DNA of 59,336 nt, filler included, from Basidioascus undulatus (taxonomy: Eukaryota): the NCBI GenBank assembly GCA_000826855.1. It is 7 parts of 7 records of this genome, joined end to end, with 100 filler letters (N's around TTAATTAATTAA, not from the genome) between each part and the next. Parts side by side here need not be neighbours in the genome. Positions count along the whole stretch, not along the records: positions 42,476 to 50,857 come from JTLS01001400.1; positions 50,958 to 59,336 come from JTLS01001401.1; 5 more parts are not named here. The stretch is one strand, 5' to 3'. Positions 47,947 through 59,239 of the stretch are shown piece by piece (positions within the stretch are counted from its first letter, which is position 1; each line of letters begins with the position of its first letter). The notes beneath the pieces were generated by a model. The model was not told where the DNA came from, did no database searches, and worked only from the letters and a program-made list of their open reading frames with translations. The position numbers were made by a program, and so were the translations under genes.

Positions 47947-49734
47947 TCAGAACCTGCGCATGAACGGCCTCGACAGCATGCGCCGCCGGTTGTTGGCGAC
48001 CCAGCGGGAGCGCCGGCTGTACTTGCTCGGGTGGTAGCTGCCATCGTCGTACGATGGGTCGGGGTGGTATATGCCTGGATGGGAGCAGGTTGGAGGTCAG
48101 AACTGGCCAAGGCGGGGGGAGGAAGGGCACAAAAGGAAAGGCAGCTAACGGGGCGTACCGTCGTCGTAGCCGCCGCCCGAGCCGCCGGATGGACCAGAGG
48201 GCTGGGGTGCGACGGTCGGTTGCGCTGGGTGAGCGGATCGAGTCAGGAAGAGCTTGAGGAACGGAGGGGAAGGCAGCGGACGCACCGGGCGTGGAAGAGC
48301 TCGTCGGCTGCTGTGAAGCAGACGAGGTGGGCGTCCCCGGCGCGGGCGAAGCCGAGATGACCGCGCCGTCGTCGGAGGTCGGGAACTCGGGGTCGTCGGA
48401 GGGTACGTCCTGCAGCATCGACACGTCGCGGGAGACGCCGGCCGTAGTGGGCGCATCTGCGGAGGACGCGGCGACCGACGAGGAGGGGACGGCGAGAATG
48501 GGCGCCGTGGCGGGGGTCGTGGGGGCTGAGGCGGGGGTCGTCGCAGCGGCAGTGGTTGACGCGGCGGGCTGGGTCGACGCACTGCTCAGGGTCGGGGAAG
48601 CCGGACGGCCTGTCCCAGCGCTCGCAGTGGGCGACGCGCCGTCCTGGAACACCGCCGGGCCGGGGAACTTGTACTGGCTCGGGTCCTGGATTGACCAGAC
48701 GTCTCCGACAGCGAGACCGGGGTCGCTCTTCGTGTCTGTATGAGTGCGTGCTCAGCGTTGCGCGCCGGGCACGCGGAACCAAACGACGGGTACGCACATC
48801 CGCCAGGGAAGATAACCGTTTCGGAGGGGACGGCATTACCGCCGCCGGTGATCTTGAGCTGGGTGCACGACTGAGGTTGAACGAAGGTCAACAGCGGTCG
48901 CGCTTCGCAGGCGCTAGGGAGACTGCGACGCACGGGGTACAGCTCCTGAGGGATCGAACCGAGGTTCACGATCTCCTGGCGGATCAGGTACTCGCCGTCC
49001 CGAATTGTCGACGGAATCTTAACAGTGATAGGTCCACCCCCAGCTGGACCCATCATCCGTGTAAGCAACAATACAGCTAGGGAAAGAAAGGGGAACGGTA
49101 CGCACGCATCTTGGCCTGTTCCCACGTTCCGTCGGCATTGAGGCCCTGCTGATCGATCTTGAACCACTGGGCCGTTGCGGGATTGTACGAAGCGCACGGA
49201 CCCTCGCAGGCGGCCATGTAGGTGACTGTGGATATGAAGGATTTAGCCAGATGTGCTTGGGACCGGACGGAGGATGCGTCGACGTCGACGCACGAATGGG
49301 GCCCTTGGTATGCGGCTGGGAACGACGGTTCGGTTAGTACGGGATCAGGATGAGAAGGTGAGGATGAGCGTACCCAGCTCGCAGACCAGGAGAACTCCAC
49401 TGTCGACCCCGCGGTCGCCGGCGCGGTCTCACTTGCGAGCTTGGCGCTCAGCCCGCAAGTGAGGTCGGACGAGTCGAGCTGGTTGACGGTCACCGGCCCG
49501 TTATCGCGTACCTGTGCATCCCACCCAAGTCCATTCTGTGAGCTGAAGCCGCCGATATTCCAGCGACTTGGACCTCAACTAATTCACCTGACGGATAGGG
49601 CCGGGGGCCTTGAAGACCTGAGAGCCGATCGAGACCTGCTCGACGACACCATGGGCAGCGACAGGGGAGAGCACCGCGAGTGCCGCGGCCAGCGCGGCAA
49701 ATCGGGGAGAGGGACGGTTCGTAGACGTGAACAT
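47947..49734 (-). CDS. AA9 (GH61) lytic polysaccharide monooxygenase with long disordered C-terminal extension
   Basis: Signal peptide ending VAA|HGVVEQV (His1), DLTCG, WPHTKGPILTYMAAC, WFKIDQQG, IPSTIRDGEYLIRQEI, ELYPSCTQLKITGGG, FPGGY...DPG, YKFPGP; canonical introns. Confidence 0.93.
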
Positions 49735-50857
49735 TACGGCGCGCTCAGCGTCGAGAAGCGTAGAGTGGTGCTAAAGGATGATGATGCGATTGAGGGTCAC
49801 CAGGACCGATGAAGAACCGAGGCTAGCTCGGGGTGAGTTGAAAGTGAGAGAGAAGAGGACGAGGGCGAGGACGACGAAGGGAGCCGGCTTGGTGATGGAC
49901 GAGGAAGGGAAAGAAGGGAGACTGGGACCGGGCGGTGCTGATCCCGTTCTTGACCAAGCCAAGGACGAAGCTAAGTACGCTCGAAGGTCGGCCAACATGA
50001 TCCACCTTCGAGCGTCAGCGGAACCGACAGCTGCTCCATGACGTTCAAGCGTAAAAGCCAAATATGATTGAGCGGTTGGCGCTATATAATGAGTGTTAGC
50101 AGTGACTGCATGACAACGTGGACGCTTGAAAAAAAGAGAGACAACCAGGGGCGGCTATTGAACGCTCGGTCGAGCGCGCATGAAAGGCAAAGTAAAAAAA
50201 GACGCGCTAGCGTCGGGTGCGTCGGGTCACGTTCGCGCCGCTTTGCAGCCCGTTGCATCGCCTTGTGCCATTTGGCATGACCACTAGTGTAAACTGCAAG
50301 GTAGTTTTAGCAATGAAAGACCCCACTGCATAAGTCTGAAAATTGCGTATAGCAGCGTACAGCCCCTCAGGACGCCATCAGCCTAAAGTGCAGCTCCAGT
50401 AGTCGCGGCTATGACCGAACAAGCGCATTACGCCAGACCGCTTCAAGCTCTGATTAGATGCTGTGCGATAAGTGTCAACCAGACAAATAAGTCTTCGTAG
50501 TTTTTTTAGGAGTCCAGTAACGCGAAAGTCGAGGGCCAGCAGACTACGAAGCCAGGTGGTGCTCCATCGCGGCTGCGACCGCCATAGTCGACACCTATAA
50601 GTGTAAGCACGGGAGACGACATATACAAAATTGGATAGTTACGGCAACGCAAAGTTCGTTGTAATTTTACAGTCTCCTGAGGCTTACCTGTGCTTTCACC
50701 ACCGAGCTGACTTAGTTGCGAACGCGCTTGCCAGTGCCGCACCTGTTACTACCGGCCGGTCCGGCATCTCGACTAGCGTACAGGCCATTGTGCTGATAGT
50801 TTTATGTATAATATAATCAATAACCATTAAAGCAGCCTTATACGGCAGACCGGAATT

Positions 50858-50957
50858 NNNNNNNNNNNNNNNNNNNNNNNNNNNNNNNNNNNNNNNNNNN
50901 NTTAATTAATTAANNNNNNNNNNNNNNNNNNNNNNNNNNNNNNNNNNNNNNNNNNNN
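50858..50957. other. Artificial contig linker
   Basis: N44-TTAATTAATTAA-N44. Confidence 0.99.
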
Positions 50958-51032
50958 GCACGGAGTGCGACTACAACGACGCGCCCTCAGCTTCCCCCTT
51001 CCCTTCGCCCTTCAGCGTCCCTCTCCTCTACC

Positions 51033-51319
51033 TCAACCCCATCCTCCCCCACCCGTGTCCTCCCCTTCCTCCACTACCCCCACCTTCTCTCCTCCCAACT
51101 CGTTCCCCACCTTCTCTCCCTCTCCCCCCACCCCTGCACCGGCGCCTGCACCCGCGCCCCCCTCCGCCATCTCCGGCACCAGCGCGAGTACGACGGCATC
51201 CACAATGCGCATCAACAAGTGGGCGTTGCACGCGCGGTCGGAGAGGGGATCGAGCATCTGCGCGATCCGTTTCCGCTGGGAGCAGAGGGTGGGGGCGAGG
51301 AGGAGGAGGCGAGGTTTCT
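51033..51319 (-). CDS. Orphan terminal exon resembling the C-terminus of basidiomycete PXA-domain proteins
   Basis: After an ...ataatcag acceptor: LLLLAPTLCSQRKRIAQMLDPLSDRACNAHLLMRIVDAVVLALVPEM...GWG*. Family assignment is from recalled motif similarity only. Confidence 0.5.
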
Positions 51320-51628
51320 CTGATTATCTCGCTAGATCAGATCAGCCTTTACCTGGGACAGAGAGAAAAAGGAAGGAGTGAAGGAAGGAGGAAGGTAAGA
51401 GAAGGAAGTAGTCGCGGAAGCAGGTGCGGGTTGGGGAAATTGATGGGAGGGGAGGAGAGGGAAGGAGGTTGTCAGCGCTGTTCCCCTCGCTTCGCTTGCT
51501 TACGGCTTTCCCACCCTGTGCCTTTCCGCTTCTCCTCCAGTGAAAGGCAACCTTTTGACCACCTCCCAGACGGCGTACCCGCCAACTACTCCCACACTCT
51601 CTGTGCTGCGACCGAGCTGCAGACTCAC

Positions 51629-51944
51629 GTAGTGTCAGGCTTGTAGTAGTAGCCCACAGCGCCAAGGAGAAGCGAGCCGTAGAAGCCAAAGTAGTAGATG
51701 GGCTCCCAGTCCTCGAACTTCCGGGACTGGCCGGGGGGCAGGGGCTGTCCCGACCGCATCCCAACGGTCAGCATCTCCTCGTGCCCGCCAATCAGATGCG
51801 CAAGCTGACCTTCTCGCCCCAGAGGTGGCCCGTGGGCTCGTTCCAGTGCGCACCGCCGCCGCCGCCGCGGCGGGAGGCGGTGCTGGAGATGTTGCGTGCG
51901 GGCGCGGCAGTGCGCAAGGAGAGGCGGGTGAGCGGGCGGATCAT
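51629..51944 (-). CDS. Complex I ESSS subunit (NDUFB11-like), exons 1-2; last exon not found
   Basis: Presequence MIRPLTRLSLR..., HWNEPTGHLWGEK|PLPPGQSRKFEDWEPIYYFGFYGSLLLGAVGYYYKPDT|gtgagt. Confidence 0.9.
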
Positions 51945-52202
51945 TATGTGGTGGGTGAATGTGGGTGTTGGAGGTCGACGAGCGCACGAAGGGGCCGGGG
52001 CCATAGCGGCGATTTGATGAAATGTGAGTCGGATTTAATCCGTGGCTTTGCCGAGGATGGCGACGGCTGACAGCGGCAGATGACGCCAAGTTGGTCACTG
52101 CGCTCGTTTCCACTCTTTCGTTCGAGTGTCCACAACGGTCACCTCTTGATTCTGCACCACAACCATCCAAATACCCCATTCAACATTCAAAGAGAACTAA
52201 CT
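51945..52202. promoter_or_regulatory. Short bidirectional intergenic region between ESSS and FMP52-like genes
   Basis: Divergent ATGs at 51944 (-) and 52203 (+) are only 258 bp apart. Confidence 0.5.
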
Positions 52203-53265
52203 ATGTCCTCGGGTCCGCCGCACTCACCCTTCATCGCGATCGAACCCATTCTGACACTGACGCCCGGGCAGAAACCCAAGGCCTCTCCGCTCTCATCCTC
52301 GGTGCGACCGGTGCGACCGGCCGCCACACCCTCTATGCCCTCCTCTCGAACCCGGCGTTCACTTGTACGGCTAACAACCCAATCCACTCTCTCCTTTGTG
52401 TCCTGTTTCCCGCTCATCCATCCTCTTTCAGCCGTCGCCGAGTACGGCCGCCGCGTGACGCCGAACCTGACCGACGCGAAGCTCACGCAAAAGACGATCG
52501 ACTTTGAGGACCTGAAGAAGGAGGACTTTGCGCAGGGTTTCGACGTCGTCTATATCACGTACGTGTCTTCCTTCCATGCTATCACTTCCCCACGTCCAGG
52601 CTGACGTCCCGTGTCACAGCCTCGGCACGACGAAGAAGAACGCCGGCTCGGCGGAGGCGTTCGAGAAGATCGACAGGGAGTACGTCCTGCGCGCCGCGGA
52701 GGCCGCGCGCGTCAAGGACGGGCAGCACGTAGTCTACCTCTCTGTGCGTCGCGCCGGGTCTTCCCTCCAGCAGCTCCCACCGCTGACACGCAGCGAACGC
52801 CTCCACAGTCTGCCGGGTCCTCCCCGACCTCCCCGTTCCTCTACCCCAAGTCTAAGGGGCTCACCGAGCAAGGCCTCGCCTCCCTCAACTACGCATCCAC
52901 CACCATCTTCCGCCCCGGCTTCCTCGTCGGTGCGGAGCGCGACCACTCGCGCCCGCTCGAGACGGCCTTCGGGTTAGTCTCTGCCCTTTCTACCCCCTCT
53001 CAGCTTCATACGCTCTCCTACAATATCTTACGCACTCCGTGTTATCATTCGTTCCCTCAGCTACGTGACCGGCGCGCTCTCCCGCTTCTCCTCCGGCCTC
53101 CAGATCCCCGTGACCACGCTCGGGCAGGCTATCGCCACCGCGGGCCAGCTGCGCGCGCATGGAAAGGACGTCGGCGTGGGGAAGAAGGAGGCGCTGGGCA
53201 AGGACGGACAGGAGGCGCTCGCAATCTCGAATGCGGACGCGCTGCAGCTCGGCAAGAGCGCGTAG
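52203..53265 (+). CDS. FMP52: FMP52/TIP30(HTATIP2)-like NAD(P)-binding oxidoreductase
   Basis: ALILGATGATG Rossmann motif, ITLGTTKKNAGSAEAFEKIDREYV, YPKSKGLTE, IFRPGFL..R..SRPLE. Confidence 0.85.
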
Positions 53266-53857
53266 GGGGCAGGCGAGCGGGACTTGGCTTAACGTTCGTA
53301 ATGACCTAGAATGTGCTATTATACCATTTAATACCATTTGGCCTTTCCATCCGCGCGATCGGAATTACCGCGTGGGCTGGGGGACGTTCAAGGCGAGAGC
53401 TGTGATGAAACAACGCGCTGTACCTTCTCTGGATACTTCCCAGTAGCTCGTTGGGTCTATGCCGTTAAGTCATATGTAGGCGAGGGGTCTGGGAAATCGT
53501 CAGGTCGACGGCCCCTCGCGAACGGCAGACGCTCGAGGAATCCGCGATTGCGGTGATGGGACAGGTCAGACTGTATATCTGCCCTATATCAACTCTCCTT
53601 TCTATAGAAAATTCATGTTCACTCGCCCTCGGCGTAAATTAGCTCTGATTATCTTCGAGGCACTCTGCGTGTCGGCCAGCGGCAGAAACAGAGACTTGCG
53701 TCGGGCGACTCCCTCTTGGATTGAACAAGCATTACCCTTCTGAAGCCTGTGGGCACACGCTGCGTGATCTATGCGTTCAGAAAAGGTCTTTCCCTGAGAA
53801 AGCATTGTCTTTACAAGTCCAAAATGAGAATGGCACATGTGTCGTCGGCCAACTCCT

Positions 53858-55628
53858 CTACCGCTGCCCTCTCCAACGAACATATTCCCCGAAGCTCAAG
53901 CACCATAACACAACTATCTCCGCCGGCCTCCCAAATGCACCGCCGATAGGCCACATGGGAATGGAGAAAATTTTCTGCGAGTCAATGCCCGTAATCAGCC
54001 TGAGTGTCTTGCTGAAGGCCAGAAAAAAAGACGCACGTCCCAGCCACAGACCTCTTCGCACCTGCTCCACATCGTCCAATGGAGCCACTCCATCAGATCC
54101 ACCACTCGCTCCAGCCACGCCTCTTCCACCCCGTCCGCATCCAGACTCTCTGCGAAGACCTCCACGACGAACGAGCACAGGCGGCCGAGCACAGTCTCGA
54201 CGCTTACCTTCAGAAGGCGCTCTTGCTTCGTCAAGGTCTCCTCAGGGATGAAGGCGGTGAGCGAAGAGCGAGAGCGCTCGAGCGTGGGTGGAAGCCAAGC
54301 GGCGACAGTCGAGTTCCGGGAGGGCGTGAGGAGCGTCGCATCGAGATAGGGCGTGAGAAGGCTGTACGTCAACGTCTTGACCGTGCCGAGCGTGACCGTC
54401 TCGTTCGCATACGGCGTCGCGCCAGCACCAATCGGATCTGGGCGATCCGCTCCCCCCAGCATTCCTGCACGCCGCGCGCCATGTCTGTCCAGTCCATGCC
54501 CTTCCCCGCCTCCGCCAACCGCGCGCGACTACCTCGTCCACCTCGTCCGCGACTTTCGCAGCGTCCACAGCTGAGATGTTCAGCCAAACTCGGTGCTCGG
54601 CCATGGACTTTCCGGCGCGCGATTCGACGAGGGATGACAGAGAGGGGTCATAGAATGTGACGAGAGAGGAGTAATCGAGCCGAACGTGAGGCTGCGGCGA
54701 GAAATAGCGATGCGTCGCGGAGCGCATCCATTCGAAACCGGCAGAGTGAGAGAAGACGTTGGGCTCGCGGCGGCGTGGCGGAGGATGGCCAGGCTCTTGA
54801 GGGTATCCAGGAAGCGGAGGACCGCCAGGGCCGTCCGGAGGCGGAGAAGGAGAGTCTTCGAACATGTGGTTGAGCTCGGGAATATTGCGAGGAGCCCCCA
54901 GAGGACGGCACGGGAGAGAAGATGTCCGAGGCGGCGAGTCGGGCGGAGTAATGTTAATATGGGAGACGAGGGTCAGACCCTCGTTGAAGTGGCACCACAG
55001 GAGCTCGCTGTGCAACCAGCATCCGTAAATGGTGCAGCCGCTGAAGACTCTGAAATCGACTCACAAGCCAGTGTTCATGCGGATGAAACCATCCACCACC
55101 TTTCCCTCGGCCCAAGCGCACAGCCTCTCCGCCCTTCCATAGTCGTCCCACCAGCTTCTACCTCCCGGAACATCCCGTCCCCGGCGCTGAAGGAGGACCT
55201 CCTGGGTATCGAGATAACCGTCGCCGCCGAGCGCGGCGCTCATACCGTCAAAGTAGAGGACGTGCAGCTCGCGCGAGCTGGCATAGGTGAGGAGGTGGAC
55301 GCCGGCGGCAGCCATGATTGCGTACGACATTTCGCTGTCGAACGCGAGCCATTCTGGCGAGGGCGGCGGCGAGCGAGTGTCGCGCCGGGCGTGGTAGAGG
55401 GGGGTGTGCGGAGGGATCGTCGCGGAAATGATGGAGTGGCCTTTTGGGTGGAGGGTGTTAGTCCATTGAAGAAGGGGGGCCGAAAGGGAGCTGAAGATGT
55501 AGTTTGCAAAGGTGAGCTTGGAAAATGGCAAAGAGGACGGTTGGGGTGCCGGATGATCAACTGGCTGCAGGGGACGCTGGTGGACCGGTCGCGGCGAGCA
55601 CGACTAGAAAGAAGAGACAGAGCAGCAT
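53858..55628 (-). pseudogene. YOR389W-like secreted fungal protein, multiply frameshifted
   Basis: Signal-like MLLCLFFLVVLA; family motifs ATIPPHTPLYH, PEWLAFD, VLYFDGMSA..G.LDTQ, RAERLCAW, DGFIRMNTG..ELLWCHF, LMEWLHW..W.RC..C. Indels near 55560, 54515 and 54415. Confidence 0.75.
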
Positions 55629-55883
55629 AGCATCGACGGCGAAAAGAGAGTGATTCTCCAGAAGGATGGTCAGTGAGAGAAGGTGAAGGAGAACGATGCA
55701 TGGAGAAGGGGCAGGCGAGCAACCATCCTCATCGGAGCAGGTCATGCAACTGCGCCGCTCCGCAGTGACACATGCTCCGTGCCTGGCGCCTGAATGAAAA
55801 GGCGGCAGGCTCGTTTTTACAGATACATCACTCAAGTCCTTTAACAGCAACATGAGGTTCAAAATACTTGAATGCAAAAGGTA

Positions 55884-55954
55884 TTCCTCCTACCGACTTG
55901 AACGACTGACCTCGTCATTACTAGTGACGCGCTCTACCACTGAGCTAAGGAGGA
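55884..55954 (-). tRNA. tRNA-Thr(AGT)-like gene, atypical or pseudo-tRNA
   Basis: TCCTCCT-TAGCTCAGTGGTAGAGC-G-CGTCA CT AGT AA TGACG-AGGTC-AGTCG TTCAAGT CGGT-AGGAGGA-A. U1:A72 pair and a T-stem one base short; followed by a T-run. Confidence 0.8.
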
Positions 55955-57087
55955 AGTTGCTATTAGTGTCCAGTTCCATATCCCAATCCCATTGAGCTGC
56001 TACCCCGTAGCATGTATGGAACGAAGCCAAGGACCAGACCAAGAGCACAGATACATGTCAGACATCCAAATCATACTGGCTGCAGCAAGGTGTAGTGTAG
56101 TCTCCCTTCTCTCACCACAAGCAGAATGCCCACAACGTTGCGTGCAATGCTACATGATTCCAAAAACAAGCTGAGCTTGACACTCACAACATTTCCTTGA
56201 CCTTCTGTTCCCCGAATGAAATTGTCTTGACTAAATTCCTTGGAAGGCGGTGGCCATAACCGTCTGGCATTGACTGGCACCTGAGACGGTACCTCCCAGT
56301 CTGTACAAGTCTTCCCAAATGAAGTCCTTTTTCCACCATGGGAGTCTTTTCTGGATAGTACCAGTCTTGTAAAGGTTGCACAATTAGATTTTTTTTTACC
56401 CCATTCGTGCACCGCCTGAATAATTGTCTTCTTTTTCTGGACAGTGCAGAGACCTTTGCTTCTTCAGCTGAATTATTCAGCTCCTCAAGGATTGTTTCAG
56501 ATGAACAATTGAAATCTTAAGCTGGACGATGTACTCAGGGTGGTGAGAAGCTGTGAATCAACGGATACACTGAGTGTCCTCTTGTCAGACATGCGGGCAA
56601 TCGATGCAGCTACCCCAGGTTGCACCACCCTCACTACCATTGTCATCTACTGTCCGCTTTTTCGGGTCAATTCTTTGGGTTACATATTTATGGCCATGAA
56701 ATGGAACCGGTGCTGGTGTATCCAGGAGAGTCTGTTCCGCCAGATCTCCTTACAAGACTCCCGGCTTGGAATGTTGTCTTGTTGAACTGCTTGTCTCGCG
56801 TTCAACATCAGGTGCTGAGCATTAGTGTATGAGAAGGAATTGAGTGTCAGGTAAGGAAATTGCACTGCTTCGGGTTGGGGCAGATCTTACAATAGGGTCG
56901 GTGCCTCGTGTCAATGCAGAGAACCCTGTCTGCAAGGACGGGTGTTTCCTGATTTTTGTGGACGTGCTTCGCGTTTTCTATCCACTTCCCGTTACTTGGT
57001 GTTCTTTATATCATATCTTTACCTGGAGCCTCTCTTTTCCACCCCTCCTCCCTCTCGCCTCCATAGAGCCCTCTCTTTCTTTTCCTG

Positions 57088-58218
57088 ATGACCACCACCG
57101 AGCCTTCCCTGTCCCTCGGGCCCCTGTCCGCAGACTTGAGCCAGACCGCCGCACACTCCTCGATCGCCGGCAGATACCCCGACTCGAGCGCATGCGCGAC
57201 GGTCATCTTATCATGGGACAGCTCGGCGCTTAATCAGAGCGAGAGCTACCCCGGAAACCCTTGCGACTGCCCGTGCAGGGCGGCTGCGTTGAGGCACTAC
57301 GCGTGCGCCTGCTTCTAACTGTCGGGTCACCGGTGTTTGTTAAGCTGACGAGAGGTTGTTGGATTAATTCGAAGATGCTTTCATGCCGCTCCTGAAGGCC
57401 TGTGCCTTCCGTGGGCATGGTCGCAATGCATGTGCGAGGCCGGGGACAGCTTCGCTGCGTGCGTGCGCTGCCTCTGGTGGTCTGGCCAGTCTGGTCTCTA
57501 CAGTGCGTCAATGTGGTGCAATAATACTCGGAAAACCCGGGCCAACCTGAACTCCTCAACTCAGCCAGAAACTCGGAACTAGTCGCATGTGGCGGATCTT
57601 ACTCCTTCGACTATCCGCCGCCCGACACCACGCCTACAACCAGCGGCCGGTACGGCAACCCAACGTTCAACTCTCAGATGTAGTGCGTCAACGTAACTCC
57701 TTCTTCAACATTCAATTTCTCAGTTTATTGCCTCCCTTCCCTCTCAGCTTCTCCCTCGGGCTCTTCACCGACGCATACCCGTGGCCGACCCTCTTAACGC
57801 AAATGATCACTGCGTGCCCGACAAACGCGCCTTACTTCACAGCCACAGCCCCGATCTCCTTAGCCACGACCTTCGAGTCCTTCCCCACCCTCAAAGCGCT
57901 CTTCGGCGCCCGCTCCGCCCGACGCCCGTCATCGAGGCGGGCGCGTTCATGCTCGTCACCGTCGATTCGCGCGGCGCGACGCTTGGCGTGAGCGAGGCGT
58001 ACGTGGCGACAATCACCAGCTCGGACGAATCTTCTCTCCCCTCCGGCTACTCTGCTACGGTCAGCCCCACCATCGCCAGTTCACGTAGCACAAGTGCGGG
58101 TACCCGGGGCCTGAGCGCGGGCTCGGCTGCATTGTGCTTGTCGGTTTTCGTAGGCGTGGGCGGGGACACTACTTCTGTCGTGACGCCTTCCGACATGCAA
58201 AGCAACCTGTACGACTGA
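57088..58218 (+). CDS. Hypothetical Ser/Thr-rich surface protein (possibly decayed)
   Basis: Exon-like pieces (SACATVILSWD; ITACPTNAPYF; FMLVTVDSRGATLGVSEAY) and an S/T-rich tail with hydrophobic AGSAALCLSVFVGV; frames are not contiguous. Confidence 0.3.
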
Positions 58219-58912
58219 AATTCAAGACCGAGCACCTGAAGCATGAAAATTCTCGGGGAAAAGACCGCATATGAGTAGGGTGCTAAGCGGGAGCAGCCTG
58301 CGAACCAGCTTCATCATGCTATCTCGTTCGTCGTAGTGCGTTTCCCATACGCCTGAATGACTCAAGGTTGGTTGAGCAGTCTTCGTGTTTCAGGCGCCAT
58401 TCTCCAACGGGTAGCCAGTCCATGAGAACTTCGCCTTACCGTACCTCACACACGCACTATCCTCCCCGACCGACTCTGGACCCACCCACGCCCACCAGCC
58501 ACACAACGCACCCTGCCTCGCCTTTCTCATCAACTGTATTTTGGTTGCAACAGACTAGACAGTGTAAGTTTTGTGTGTGTCAAACTAGGGGGGTGACTAT
58601 GTTAGGTGCGGTGTGCAGTGAGGGTGCGGGTGCGGGGGGAATGAGCGCCGTTTCGTCAAGGGTTTCGATGCTCGGCAAGGAGGGTGGAGGGTGGTGAGGG
58701 TGATGCAGGGGAGGGAGAGAGCGATGCAACTGTCGTGGAGGGATGATGTGCGTGAGGGTGTAGGGGGGGTGTGAGCGTGAGAAGCCGATAAAGGGAAAAC
58801 AAGTGGGTGAATGCGAAAAAGGAAGGGAAAAATGGCCGATGAAAAGCAGAAAAAGAAAACAAAACAAAAAAAGAAAAGAAAGAACCGAATCTCCCGGACC
58901 CGGCCGCTCCCC

Positions 58913-59239
58913 TCAAGCAGTCAGCCTCCCCTTCGCCCGTCCCTTCTTCTCGCCCTCCTTGTGCCCAACAAACTCGACCTCCGTCGCGAGCCCTCCGCCA
59001 AGCTTCTGCCCCTCCTTGAAGCCGAGCACGTCCGTCTTCCAGAGCCGGCCGAGCGCCTCGAGCCGCCGCTGGATGGCGAGCTCCGCGGGCGAGGGCGACG
59101 CCCCCGTCGGTGTGCTCTGGCGCGTCCAGATCGCCAGGCGGAAGAAGTTCGGGCGCGTGGAGATTAGCACGCCCGTTACGAGCTCGGGGACGTCCTCCGA
59201 GGGGGAGAGCTCGAGGGTCTCGCCGATCGCGGCGAGCAT
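58913..59239 (-). CDS. Translation initiation factor eIF4E, final exon (5'-partial)
   Basis: After a ...ccccag acceptor: MLAAIGETL...VTGVLISTRPNFFRLAIWTR...LGRLWKTDVLG...EVEFVGH, the eIF4E C-terminal core. Confidence 0.88.
   Translation of the reverse strand: MLAAIGETLELSPSEDVPELVTGVLISTRPNFFRLAIWTRQSTPTGASPSPAELAIQRRLEALGRLWKTDVLGFKEGQKLGGGLATEVEFVGHKEGEKKGRAKGRLTA

Noticed and set aside
54686..55630. 314-aa plus-strand ORF
   Set aside because: Antisense to the YOR389W-like pseudogene, whose family motifs lie on the minus strand.
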